Shown here: positions 40,485-50,352 of the stretch, in pieces
Position numbering within the stretch: the stretch's first letter is position 1
How the letters are laid out: each line of letters starts with the position of its first letter
Source of the DNA: Cyanobacteria bacterium P01_F01_bin.150
GTDB taxonomy: Bacteria > Cyanobacteriota > Cyanobacteriia > CAKZMO01
Direction of reading: 5' to 3'
Assembly (NCBI GenBank): GCA_039189765.1
Contig: JBCCYL010000003.1
Location: 1-64,000 of the forward strand
DNA length: 64,000 bases
Program-made: the position numbers and the translations under genes
The notes under the pieces: generated by a model
What the model was told of the DNA's origin: nothing
Databases searched by the model: none
What the model saw: the letters and a program-made list of their open reading frames with translations, nothing else

Positions 40485-41899
40485 AATTGCCCCCGAAATT
40501 GCTGCCCCCGAAACTGTTTTGTTTCCTGGAGGGCTGGATTAACTTCGAACCATCGTCCCTCTTGAGGATCGTCATACTCAAATACAAAGAGACTCCGCAA
40601 CAGCATTTGATGGGCTTTTTCCCCGCTGACCCGCTTTTGTTGGGCTACCTGCTGAATTAACTCCCACTCATGGTCTTCCACCGCAAGACTAAGGCTGTCG
40701 CGATATTCTCGAATGGCCCGCTCTAAGCAGTCACGGGTAATGGGTGGGTCATCTTCCTCCAAACAGCGATGCAAAATGCTTAACAGATTACGGCTATGAC
40801 CTCCGGCAATGCGACACAGTCGCTCCAGGGTATCCGGTGAGTCAAACACCTGATCGACAAAATCTAACCGCTGTTCTGGGGGGGCGTCTGGAAACGCCCG
40901 TGCCATTACCATCTGTTTCAGGAGCTGGATACCCTCGCCGTAATCGCTACCATCCATTTTATAAATGGGGACCATGGGCAGGCGCTTTACGTCGTTTCCC
41001 CCGCCCAGACGATTTTTTAAGTACTCTGCATCATTGGAAAAGGCCAAAACAAGGGGAATGGTGTAAATCACATGGCAATCAAGCTGGCGGAGCTGATCGC
41101 CTCGGTCTACAAATAAATACTCTGGCAAGGTGCGCTTGCTGCCGTCTTTCTGGCGATTATCTACTCGGTCTAAATTATCGACAATCACTACCAGCCCTTC
41201 TTTTCCCTGATCCCGTAGCTGTTTCTGGGCAGGTTCCAATAGCTCTTTGTTAATCACCTCTAAAATAGTCTTGACCCGAGGTTCAAGATGCTGGGAAAGG
41301 AGCGATCGCACATTTTCACTATTTCTAGCAGTACTCGTTAATTCACCGAGGCCAAAGGCAATGGAATAGCTATCATTATCTCGCTTGATTCCGAACTCTT
41401 TTTTTAGCTTTATCCCCGTTCCGGCAACTTCAACGTCTGGAGCCTGAAAAGTAAGCCCCGTAACTTCAGAGGTTAGTAAGGCCTTGGCTTCATTGATAAT
41501 TTTGAGAAAGCGAGTGGGCTGGAGCTGAATCTTAAACGGCTCTAGACTCAGAGCGATTTGACGGGCGATCGCCAACAAAATATCGCTGATATCCACGTTC
41601 GCCATATCCAAATCTTCAGTGGAGGCAAAATAAACCACATGGAAGCCTTGGTCTTCCAGTTCCGCCTGGAGTCGCCGTAGTTCGGTGGATTTGCCACAGC
41701 CAATATGTCCCGTAAAGAGTTGGCAGGTGGGTTCACCCAGCTGCGATCGGTTGAGGATAGTGCGCTCTAGGCGCTTAATAATTTTGCCGCCTCTCACGGA
41801 GGCAAAGTCTATATAATACTTCCGGTCTTCAGGCTTACTGATTTGCAACGTGCGACTAGGATCACACGCATGAAAAAATTTGATGGGGTCGAGTTGCAT
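40481..41899 (-). CDS. P-loop ATPase, partner of the STAND gene
   Basis: Walker A GHIGCGKST, Walker B VVIVDNLDR, GGHSR; ATGA overlap with the downstream gene; start at ATG 41899. Confidence 0.88.
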   Translation of the reverse strand: MQLDPIKFFHACDPSRTLQISKPEDRKYYIDFASVRGGKIIKRLERTILNRSQLGEPTCQLFTGHIGCGKSTELRRLQAELEDQGFHVVYFASTEDLDMANVDISDILLAIARQIALSLEPFKIQLQPTRFLKIINEAKALLTSEVTGLTFQAPDVEVAGTGIKLKKEFGIKRDNDSYSIAFGLGELTSTARNSENVRSLLSQHLEPRVKTILEVINKELLEPAQKQLRDQGKEGLVVIVDNLDRVDNRQKDGSKRTLPEYLFVDRGDQLRQLDCHVIYTIPLVLAFSNDAEYLKNRLGGGNDVKRLPMVPIYKMDGSDYGEGIQLLKQMVMARAFPDAPPEQRLDFVDQVFDSPDTLERLCRIAGGHSRNLLSILHRCLEEDDPPITRDCLERAIREYRDSLSLAVEDHEWELIQQVAQQKRVSGEKAHQMLLRSLFVFEYDDPQEGRWFEVNPALQETKQFRGQQFRGQL

Positions 41900-42419
41900 G
41901 GTAGATGCCGGGGCAGAAGTGACAATCAAAGGAACTATTTAAAATAGTTATACCCCTACCACCAAGGAAAAATCTACTGATTCCCCTGAAAAACTACACT
42001 TTCGTTACAGTAAAATGCCCAACAAAGACTTTCTATTTCATCGCGAGATGCTAGAAAATAGAAATTTGAGGGTACGGTAGCAACAATGCGATGATAGCCC
42101 CGACACTACAATAGCGGATGTACAGAGGTGGCACTTCGGCGATCGCTAGAATAGTTGCAGCTCAATGAATCCTTTCAGTTTAAAATTGGCGAAACAACCA
42201 AAGTTTGACAGGTGGCACACTGCTCTTATGACACCCTTAGGCCCATCGAGCGATATTCTTCATCGTGACTCGACCACTCATCGCAAGATGGTGCTAATGA
42301 CGACAATGAGGCACTTAATCGTTGTCTCATCAAGCGTAAACATCAGGCATTGGAGCAGTGATAAGATATCATAACTGGGATTTTGGTTGGTGCTGCGTTT
42401 TGCTTTACATTCAGTTTCT

Positions 42420-42740
42420 ATAGGGTTGCTGTATTATCTTTCTGAACAGGAGGTAAGAGCGTTGATGCGGTTAACTCAAGATTTAGCAGCGACGGGCAGT
42501 TTTTGGGCTTGTGATGTGATGAATGATGTAGTTTGCAATGGTAAAGATAAATGGGCGCAGTATTGGCAGTGGGGATGTGATGAACCGGAGTCTTTTTTTA
42601 GGCAGTATGGTTGGCAGGCTCAGGCCATTCAGCCAGGTGAGGAAGGCGCTTGTTTCGATCGGCATACGTTTCAGTTTGCACCACGAGAAGAGAAAGAGGA
42701 GATGCATATTTTTTTCGTGACGGCGTTTAAGAGTAAGTGA
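42420..42740 (+). pseudogene. 3' fragment of an LCM-type SAM-dependent methyltransferase
   Basis: GLLYYLSE.EV...GS, W.WGCDEPE.FF...GW.A...QPGEEGA; N-terminal SAM-binding part absent. Confidence 0.65.
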
Positions 42741-42893
42741 GTCCCCTTGTCCCCCATTAGCGATCGCCGCTCCCATCACATTACGATTGACCAAGCCTAA
42801 AGACAAATTAAATAGAAGACTGGAATGATCGCCCACTTCAGGCCATAACTCAAGCCCCAGCGGTTGTGAGGAACTCCGGGGCTGGCCTCTCAT

Positions 42894-43172
42894 TTAGCCT
42901 TTGGCTGGGGGCTGGTTAACCCGCACTTTCTTGGTGAGGGTGGCCATCACCTCATTGCCCCGCCCGGTTGGCATTAGTCTGCTCCATTCATTGGGTTCGG
43001 CATAGTTGAGGGCATACAGATGCTTGATGGTGGCCTGAACGATGCTTGGGCGACCAAATAGCATATGCCGTACGGGTTCATACTGGGGGCTGGGCAATGG
43101 TGCAGGGGCAGATGATAAATCGGCACTCGCCTCTGTGGACGCATAGGCGTCCGAGTCTGAAGGTTGAAACAT
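42894..43172 (-). CDS. Small cyanobacterial protein (VRH.L.G...I..L..L.YAEP.EWS pattern)
   Basis: GGAGA RBS; EPVRHMLFG...LNYAEPNEWS...EVMATLTK pattern resembles a multicopy cyanobacterial family. Confidence 0.7.
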   Translation of the reverse strand: MFQPSDSDAYASTEASADLSSAPAPLPSPQYEPVRHMLFGRPSIVQATIKHLYALNYAEPNEWSRLMPTGRGNEVMATLTKKVRVNQPPAKG

Positions 43173-43373
43173 CGGTTCTGATCTCCGTATTGGGTTTGTA
43201 GGAAACCAGAACTCAACTAACCTCTAACCATCCCGCGATCGCCTGTGACAAGTCGGGTCGGCTAGGGCTAAAATCAACCCAAGCCCTTTGACTGGCTGGT
43301 TCAGTACGAGGGAATAGCCGTTAGCAGGTGCTTCCAACACCTGCTAGCGGCGCTAAAGGATAACTGAGTTCTG
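43173..43373 (-). ncRNA. Candidate structured cis-regulatory leader RNA
   Basis: 22-bp long-range helix with G-U pairs (43352-43373 with 43207-43228), internal GTG-TTGGAAG-CAC hairpin, alternative RBS-sequestering stem. Confidence 0.55.
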
Positions 43374-43710
43374 AACTTGGGATAGCAATACGCTTTGGGA
43401 TAGTACGTCAAGGATGTTCGGCACGTCCTGTAGCAATTACGATCCTAGTCACTGAAGATAGGCTGACTGTGGGTGTTTCGTCAAGGAACGGATGGGGGCG
43501 TAAAGTGGCGCTTTTACGATTCTGAGGTCGTAAATGGGAGTTTATCGCCCATTTCGTCCTTATTTTAGGATAGTCACAGTTTGGGCATTGGGGGCACTGG
43601 GGAATGTATGGAGGCAATCGCCATCACGCTACTTCCTCCCACCCCATCAGGACCATCCGCCTCATATTCCAGAACCATTTGCCCTGATTGAAGTCCGTGA
43701 TGCTCAGAGC

Positions 43711-44865
43711 TTATTCATCGATCGCTATTCTTTGGAAAGCCTGATTCACATAGGTTTGGTTAATCCGTTCTTGCTCTAATCTTAGCCCCTGATCAACCAG
43801 ATCAACGTAGAGCGATCGCTCCTCTTCCGTCAGATGAGGCAGATTTTCTGGAGGCGCTGGGGAAACGGATACGGCAAATTCTTGGAAGGCATCGAAGGTC
43901 TGGCGGTCCATCATGATTGAAACGGTACGGGGAAAGTGCGATCGCATTTGCGACAGAATTTTGAAGCCATCGCCATCCAAATCTCCCCAATACAGCAGCT
44001 CACAGTCAGCTAGCCACTGGGCATATTTGAGATTTTGTACGGCGTAGCCACTGCCAAAGAGGGCGATCGCGTTCTCTATCTGGGGCAATGTCAGAAAAGT
44101 CATAAGATTTTCGGTCACGATGCAGCGCTGGGGTGGCAGGTTGAGGCAATTGAAATCAGATAGAGGCAGACTGATATCCTGCAATTGCAGCGGGGAGGGA
44201 TAGAGAAATCTAAGGCGAATTAGAGGTTCTCGATACTTGAGCAAAAACCGTTTTTCAAAGATATAATCCCGCTCATTTTCAATAGTGATCAGCTTTTCAT
44301 CTGGCAGAATCGCTTCTAAAAGGCTACGAAGGATGGCCTTATTTTGCTCAATAAATTTGGTGTCGACCGCAATGGAGAGTTCGCGAATATATCGATTAGG
44401 ATTTTTATAGTGATGATCCCGAAAATATTGGCAGACTTTGAGTAGATTGGGCCAGCGATCGCCATTTTCTACTACTTTTTTGGGATGGGCTAAAAGCCAG
44501 GATTCCAGTTCAGGAATGATTAACCTAATTTGGTGAATATCCGCTTTGAACTGCTTGACTTCTGTCTCCTTTTTGATAAGTTTTATATAGTCCGCTTCAT
44601 TATCAATACTCACCCGCTGAGGCAAAGACTGTACTCCATATTTTTGCGTCCGTCGGCTTTCCAAGTGCAGATCGTATCCATAGCCAATCGTTTGTTTAGA
44701 ATTTTTGATAAGCTGATTGACCGCTTTCTGAAGCGTTGGATAATCTTTGGGGCGGGCACCGATAGGAAACTCCAACGGGAAAAAAGAATCTCCTGTAACC
44801 ACCGAACAAAGAAAATTAGTGTACCGATACTGGGCTTTCTTTTGGATTTGGGCAGGGTCAATCAT
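43711..44865 (-). CDS. jetD: Wadjet JetD (DUF3322 + DUF2220/TOPRIM nuclease)
   Basis: YIRELSI.VDTKFIE, VTENL, G.GYA, YWGDLDGDGF.I, LEQERI; start at ATG 44865. Confidence 0.9.
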   Translation of the reverse strand: MIDPAQIQKKAQYRYTNFLCSVVTGDSFFPLEFPIGARPKDYPTLQKAVNQLIKNSKQTIGYGYDLHLESRRTQKYGVQSLPQRVSIDNEADYIKLIKKETEVKQFKADIHQIRLIIPELESWLLAHPKKVVENGDRWPNLLKVCQYFRDHHYKNPNRYIRELSIAVDTKFIEQNKAILRSLLEAILPDEKLITIENERDYIFEKRFLLKYREPLIRLRFLYPSPLQLQDISLPLSDFNCLNLPPQRCIVTENLMTFLTLPQIENAIALFGSGYAVQNLKYAQWLADCELLYWGDLDGDGFKILSQMRSHFPRTVSIMMDRQTFDAFQEFAVSVSPAPPENLPHLTEEERSLYVDLVDQGLRLEQERINQTYVNQAFQRIAIDE

Positions 44866-44967
44866 TTTCTTAAGCAGTGCCGTTATTTGCGTAGTAGCGC
44901 GACAGGCTCCTGGTTGCCCTGACATTGTAAGATTTAAAGAGTACGCGCAACTCGGGATAGTGAGCCA

Positions 44968-45633
44968 ATGGTCAATGTCGTATCTCGCGTAAAGAATTCT
45001 CAGCCCGATAATGAGTTTTCTCCCCAAGCGTTTGTAGTGTTGCAGAATATCAGTTGGCCCACGTATCAGGCGCTTTTAGCCGATATGGGCGAGCATCGGG
45101 CTGCCCGACTGACCTACTGTTGTGGCACTCTGGAAATTAAGATGCCATCCAAATTACATGAGCTGATCAATCGTCTGTTGGAACGAATTATCGCTACGTT
45201 GACGGAAGAATTGGGATTGGACATTGTGCCGTTGGGGTCCACTCGTTTTGATGCCGAAGAGAGTGAACAGGGTGTAGAACCAGATTCCTGTTTTTATATT
45301 CAACATGCCAATTGTGTAGAGCCAGACGATATTGCGCCTCCCCAAGATATTCCTCCGGATCTGGTGGTTGAGGTAGACATCACCAGTTCATCAAAGTCTC
45401 GTCTATTGGTATACCAAATGATGGGAGTCCCAGAAGTGTGGCGCTACAATCGTCAGGAGATAAAGATTCTTCTGCTCACTCAAGGGGAATATGTGGAGTG
45501 TTCCAGTAGCCCGACATTTCCCATGCTCTCAGCGAAGACCTTATGGCGGTTTTTAGAGCTTGGCAAACAATCCAAGAACCACAATCAGATCATTGCTGAA
45601 CTCCGGGCATGGATTAGAAAACAGGCTGGTTGA
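44968..45633 (+). CDS. Uma2 family PD-(D/E)XK endonuclease
   Basis: LQNISW.TY, GTLEI.MPS..HE, EPDSCFY, PPDLVVEVD, GVPEVWRY. Confidence 0.92.
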   Translation: MVNVVSRVKNSQPDNEFSPQAFVVLQNISWPTYQALLADMGEHRAARLTYCCGTLEIKMPSKLHELINRLLERIIATLTEELGLDIVPLGSTRFDAEESEQGVEPDSCFYIQHANCVEPDDIAPPQDIPPDLVVEVDITSSSKSRLLVYQMMGVPEVWRYNRQEIKILLLTQGEYVECSSSPTFPMLSAKTLWRFLELGKQSKNHNQIIAELRAWIRKQAG

Positions 45634-45662
45634 CTGACAACAGTAGGCGTATGGGGTGGTCC

Positions 45663-45727
45663 AGATCCCAGGGTTCTGCAAAAGAATCTAGCGAGAAGCC
45701 AAAGCGTTAGACAGAACCCTGGGATCT
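45663..45727. repeat. 16-bp inverted repeat between convergent Uma2 and jetC
   Basis: agatcccagggttctg ... cagaaccctgggatct. Confidence 0.7.
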
Positions 45728-45742
45728 CAGCGTTTAGGGTTC

Positions 45743-48700
45743 TTACTCTGAGCGATCGCCATTTAGAGCCTCCTGCCGTTTATATCGGTAGTCTTCAATG
45801 GTAATCGAGGCAATTTTCGAGCAATCGCCTTCAGGAGTATTAGAAACAAAGTGAAGGCTGGCAATATAGGGCTCAATCACATTAATTTTATCTTTGGGAG
45901 TCACGACTAATAGCTGGAGATTCAGGTTCTTAAATAATTCCATGGCATAGCGGGCATTGCTATCATCAGACTTGCTAAAGGCTTCGTCAATGACCACAAA
46001 ACGGAAGGATTTATGCTTGATGCTTTCCTGGTTTAGTCCAAACTGATAGGCGATCGCCGAGGCCAAAATCGTGTAGGCCAGCTTTACCTTTTGCCCCCCG
46101 GATTTTCCAGAAGAGTCCGTATGGTGTTCCTTTTCCGTATGGTCCGCTCGATAGCGTTCACTAACGGAAAAATCCAGCCACTTGCGCACATCGGTCACCA
46201 ATGCCGTCCATCGGTCTTCGGCCTTAAAACGTTCAATCAGTCGAGTTTGAATATTATTAAATCGCTCTTCATTATCTTCAAAATCCTGTTTAGCCACATC
46301 CCCCAAACAGAGTTTCAAATCATCCTTAAAGTCGCGAATTTCGCGATTGCGAGTGGTGTCACAACAGAGGTTAATATAAGTAGAGTCGGTGTAGTCAATC
46401 TTTTGCAGCGATTCGTTGAGTTCTTCAATGGCTTGTTGGATTTCTTCTTCCTGCTTTTCCAAAGCACTTTTGAACATAGAAATGGCAATAATCACCTTTT
46501 CGTTCATTAACTGCTTAAATCGCTTTTCGTGGCGGGGTAAATCATCCTTTTGAATCTGATTTTTACGATTAACGTATTCCTCCACGTAGTCCAAGGTCGT
46601 GCCCAATTCCGATGCCATTTCAGGAAAAGAATTTTTGAACCGTTCCATTTGAATTTGCAATGAGCTTTCCGATTTTTCTTGCTTGCGCTCATGCTGTCGA
46701 ACCTTGTCCCGCAAAAAGTCATGCAAGTTCCGCTCTTCTTTAGCAATGGTAGCAAGGGTCATCTCATATTTCTTCAGCTTGGTGGCCATGGCTTTTTCAA
46801 ATGCCTCTAGGTCACTGGCCGCAGATCCGTCTGCGATCGCCTCACATTTGCTCTGCTCCTCCTGGGCAGAGGCCTGACGATCTTCTAGGGTTTGAATCTG
46901 ACGGATCAGCGTTTCTCTCTGTTGCTCTGCCTCAGCAATTTCAGTCCGGGCATCTTGGAGCTGCTGCTCCAGTTGCTTGAGCCGATCGGAGCTAGCCTCT
47001 AGCTCTTGGCGCTGGTTTTCTAAATCGATTCGTTTGAAGTCCAGCGAACGCCAATCGATGTCGGAGAAGTCCTCATAGTTCATAAAATCCTGGAGCCAAG
47101 AGCGCTGCTGCTGGCGTTTACCTCGCTCCTCTTCAATAAACTGAATCCGCTGCTCAATCTGCTTCAACTGTTTTTTAATTTTGCGGAGTTCTGACTCCAG
47201 CGCTTTAATTTTGTTGACATTGCTCCAGCCCAGAATGTAACGACTGCGATCGCCAATTTTAGACCGATCGTCCTTCTCGTGACGTTCGCCTCCGTGCTTA
47301 ATCAATCCGCTAGTAGTGATGGCCCGCGCTTCCCGCTGGAACTGCTCAATAGAGTCACAACACACGTAGTTAAACTGGCGCACCAGTTGGCCCCGGAGCC
47401 ACTGATAAAAGGTGAGATTGTCCTGTTTGATTTCCAGTTTGTAGGGCACATGGTCCGGCGGCACATCTCGCTGGGTAGCTTTGCCGCCAGGACCATCATC
47501 TGTAATCCGGTAATACACCAAGCGGCCCTTCAAATGGGTGCGATGAACATAGGCATTTACCGCTGCATAATCATCATCGGACACCAGCACACATAGGCCA
47601 AAGCCCCGCAACAATCGCTCGATTGCCCCTTCCCATTCCTGGGCTTCAGGCCGCACCTGCAATAGTTCTCCCACAAAGGGCAGTTCAGTTTCATCTAACT
47701 TGAGATCTTTGACCAAGCGATCGCGAATATCCAAATTACTCTTGGGGATCTGGCTTTTGCGACTGCGGAGAGACTTGAGCTCTTCTTCCAGTTCTGTACA
47801 CTGTTTGACCAGTTCCGCCTGTTCGACCTTGAGTTCGTCCCGCTGACCTTCCAGGATGTTTAGCCCCGTCTCAATCTCAGCCTTGAGGTCCTCTCCCTCG
47901 GTGCGATTAGTGTAAAAAGTGTCACGATCGGTATACTCCCCAAACTCTAGCTTTGCTGCCAGTTGATTGTAGGCAGTGGCCTGTTTTTGACTGCGATCGA
48001 CCGCCTCTTTGGCCTGGGCAATTTCTCGTGCCAGCTCCTGCAAGCGCTGGCCGATGCTGTCTTGCTTAATCGCAAATTCCAGGTCTTTTTCCCGCTGGCG
48101 TAGATCAGAAAGGTGGCGATCGCGCTCGGTCCGTTGGTCCTGATACTGGGTCAGTTCTTGATTAATCGCCTGTAGGTCTTGGACCAGCAAGGTCAACTTC
48201 TTACAAGCAAAAAAGGCCGGTAGAATTCCCTGTAACGCCTGGGTTTTAGCCGCATCATCCTTGAGCCGCTTATATTTTTTGGCTTCATCGGTCAGGGGTT
48301 TGAGGGCCTCTAACTGCTGACGGGCATTGAGGATGGCGGTGTGGGAAACGGTAAGGTTTTCGTAGCTTTCTTGCAGCTCCCGAATCTTTGTGCGCATGTC
48401 CACTTTTTCCAACATGTGATTGCGCACAAAATCGTTCAGTCCCCCGATTTCTTTGATGCTGACGGTTTGGTTAAACAGGTCCAACGCCTTTTCGGACTGG
48501 AGACCCAACCGTTTGCGAAACTGCTGACTGTAGCGGGTAAAGTCATCAAACAAGAATGCGCCATTCACCTTGAGCTGCTTCTTTAAATCCGCGACTCGAC
48601 TGAACTGGGAAAAATCCTGACGGATGGTTAACTGCTCATCCGCCAGCACAAAAAATTTCCGCACCGAGCCATCCTGCATCCACAGGACTTGAGCCAGGGT

Positions 48701-49255
48701 CACGTTCTGGGCGCTGACATGATCCTGGAAATAGGCGAGCAGCACCGACAACGTGGCTTTTTCTCGCAATAGCTTGGGCTTAGACCCGTAGGACTCTTCC
48801 GATCGCGTCCGTCCATAGGCCCCCTGGACATAGCTCTTTTCATTCCGCTCTTTCTTACCGGTCCCTGTGGACGCTTGATTATAGTTGCGGCCCCGATTTG
48901 GAACAAGCAGCGTCAACATTCCATCTACCAGGGTTGACTTTCCAGACCCATTGGCCCCGGTCAGTAATCCAATTCCGCCGTTTAAATCAAGCGCCCAAGG
49001 AGTTTGATCAAACGTGCCCCAATTCAGTATTTCCAATCGCTGTAGGCGAAATCCAGCCAAGGCATTTTCACCGTAATGGCCATTGCTATTTTGGCTCACC
49101 GTATTTTGGCTCGCTGTACCTTGGCTCCCCGTATCTTGGCTTACTTCTCCTTGGCCCCCAGTACTCTTGCCATTGCCATTCTCTGAACCATTTTTTGAAC
49201 TATTCTTTGCCGTACGCTCGTTATCTAGGGTATCCAGAACATCAGCCTTTGTCAT
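45743..49255 (-). CDS. jetC: Wadjet JetC, SMC-like ATPase
   Basis: LNWGTF, Walker A GANGSGKST, long coiled coils with central hinge, SGGQK signature, VIDEAF Walker B. Confidence 0.93.
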   Translation of the reverse strand: MTKADVLDTLDNERTAKNSSKNGSENGNGKSTGGQGEVSQDTGSQGTASQNTVSQNSNGHYGENALAGFRLQRLEILNWGTFDQTPWALDLNGGIGLLTGANGSGKSTLVDGMLTLLVPNRGRNYNQASTGTGKKERNEKSYVQGAYGRTRSEESYGSKPKLLREKATLSVLLAYFQDHVSAQNVTLAQVLWMQDGSVRKFFVLADEQLTIRQDFSQFSRVADLKKQLKVNGAFLFDDFTRYSQQFRKRLGLQSEKALDLFNQTVSIKEIGGLNDFVRNHMLEKVDMRTKIRELQESYENLTVSHTAILNARQQLEALKPLTDEAKKYKRLKDDAAKTQALQGILPAFFACKKLTLLVQDLQAINQELTQYQDQRTERDRHLSDLRQREKDLEFAIKQDSIGQRLQELAREIAQAKEAVDRSQKQATAYNQLAAKLEFGEYTDRDTFYTNRTEGEDLKAEIETGLNILEGQRDELKVEQAELVKQCTELEEELKSLRSRKSQIPKSNLDIRDRLVKDLKLDETELPFVGELLQVRPEAQEWEGAIERLLRGFGLCVLVSDDDYAAVNAYVHRTHLKGRLVYYRITDDGPGGKATQRDVPPDHVPYKLEIKQDNLTFYQWLRGQLVRQFNYVCCDSIEQFQREARAITTSGLIKHGGERHEKDDRSKIGDRSRYILGWSNVNKIKALESELRKIKKQLKQIEQRIQFIEEERGKRQQQRSWLQDFMNYEDFSDIDWRSLDFKRIDLENQRQELEASSDRLKQLEQQLQDARTEIAEAEQQRETLIRQIQTLEDRQASAQEEQSKCEAIADGSAASDLEAFEKAMATKLKKYEMTLATIAKEERNLHDFLRDKVRQHERKQEKSESSLQIQMERFKNSFPEMASELGTTLDYVEEYVNRKNQIQKDDLPRHEKRFKQLMNEKVIIAISMFKSALEKQEEEIQQAIEELNESLQKIDYTDSTYINLCCDTTRNREIRDFKDDLKLCLGDVAKQDFEDNEERFNNIQTRLIERFKAEDRWTALVTDVRKWLDFSVSERYRADHTEKEHHTDSSGKSGGQKVKLAYTILASAIAYQFGLNQESIKHKSFRFVVIDEAFSKSDDSNARYAMELFKNLNLQLLVVTPKDKINVIEPYIASLHFVSNTPEGDCSKIASITIEDYRYKRQEALNGDRSE

Positions 49256-49823
49256 TGCTATACTCCTCCAGCTTTTGCTTTAAGCGTTCCAACATATCCG
49301 CGTCAATTTTGGCTTTGATGATGGGGCGGACTTCGTAGTTGGCTTCCCGCCCTGATAGTCGTCGCAAAAAGCCCAAGTCTGTCACTTGCCGCACCAAGCT
49401 ATCCACATCGCGCCGAAATTTCTCTTCGTTATTGGTGTCAGGCAAATAGGGCTGGAGGAGATCCCTCAGGGTTTCAATATTCAGCACCAGTCGCCCAGTG
49501 GCATCGCTGGAGTCAAACTGTCGCAATTGGTCCCGCAACAGCACACACAAAAGCGTCACTTTGAAGCTGAGCGATCGCCGTGCCGTCAGCCGAGGTAAGA
49601 CTTCACTGGCGGGAGCATCCTCATCTGGGTCCGGCTGGTCTACGTAAGCAAAACCGTCGGTGTCGAAGTTCTGGACCCGCATGCCAATTTTGCTGAAGTA
49701 TTCCTCAATCGGAGTCAAGTAACTTTGCAGCCGATCCCAATGGGGGTCATCGCTGTACATCACGCCTTTCAACAGCTTAATAATGACCGGAGCATAGGGT
49801 TGGGGTGGCTGGGATTCGATCAT
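49242..49823 (-). CDS. jetB: Wadjet JetB (DUF4194)
   Basis: IIKLLKG, EYF..IG, RRSLSF..TLLCVLLR, LGFL...YEVRPII; overlaps jetC start by 14 bp. Confidence 0.88.
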   Translation of the reverse strand: MIESQPPQPYAPVIIKLLKGVMYSDDPHWDRLQSYLTPIEEYFSKIGMRVQNFDTDGFAYVDQPDPDEDAPASEVLPRLTARRSLSFKVTLLCVLLRDQLRQFDSSDATGRLVLNIETLRDLLQPYLPDTNNEEKFRRDVDSLVRQVTDLGFLRRLSGREANYEVRPIIKAKIDADMLERLKQKLEEYSNDKG

Positions 49824-49857
49824 GTAGCTTTGCGAAAAGGATAGATGCAGTATGTGG

Positions 49858-49917
49858 AAGGACGCTCTTTATGATATTCAGACTATTAAGGACGCTCTTT
49901 ATGATATTCAGACTATC
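49858..49917. repeat. 30-bp tandem duplication upstream of jetB
   Basis: aaggacgctctttatgatattcagactat(t/c) x2. Confidence 0.95.
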
Positions 49918-49984
49918 ACCGTACGCTGCCTGGAACCGTATTGTTAAGTTCAGTTTCTGAATTACTGGCAAAATAGTCAATTCT

Positions 49985-50188
49985 TGGAATGTTCATTCCG
50001 TGGCCTTTAAAATCAAAAGCATTCATGCGTAGATTCTGCATTAGGTCAGGAGACCTGACCCCTACCGTGGCTAAATACCCTGTAGGGGAGAGGTTTCCTC
50101 GCCCGATGCAGAGCGGTTGATAATCGATATTGTTCACCAAAACTGCATGAATCAATGGATGCCAGAAGCAGGCAAAATGAACAGCCCA
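49985..50188 (-). repeat. 204-bp inverted repeat, left arm (REP doublet core)
   Basis: Ungapped reverse-complement match to 54601-54804, 28 mismatches by hand count (~86%). Confidence 0.92.
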
Positions 50189-50352
50189 GTCAATGCTCGT
50201 TAAGGCACGTCAATGCCCCTTTTCTTGCAAACACCGTTCAACCCACTCTGCGTCCTTTTTTTCGAAGCAAGGGACTGGAGCTTGACAATAATCCTATCCC
50301 CCTTACGACCTTAAGCTTCTTCAGCAGCCCCTTTAAGTCTTGCAACCACAGA

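Noticed and set aside
44866..45027. Longer jetD N-terminus from the ORF track
   Set aside because: Overlaps the divergent Uma2 gene; ATG 44865 fits better
49858..49917. 30-bp repeat pair as a mini CRISPR array
   Set aside because: Units are adjacent with no spacer, and no cas genes are in the window
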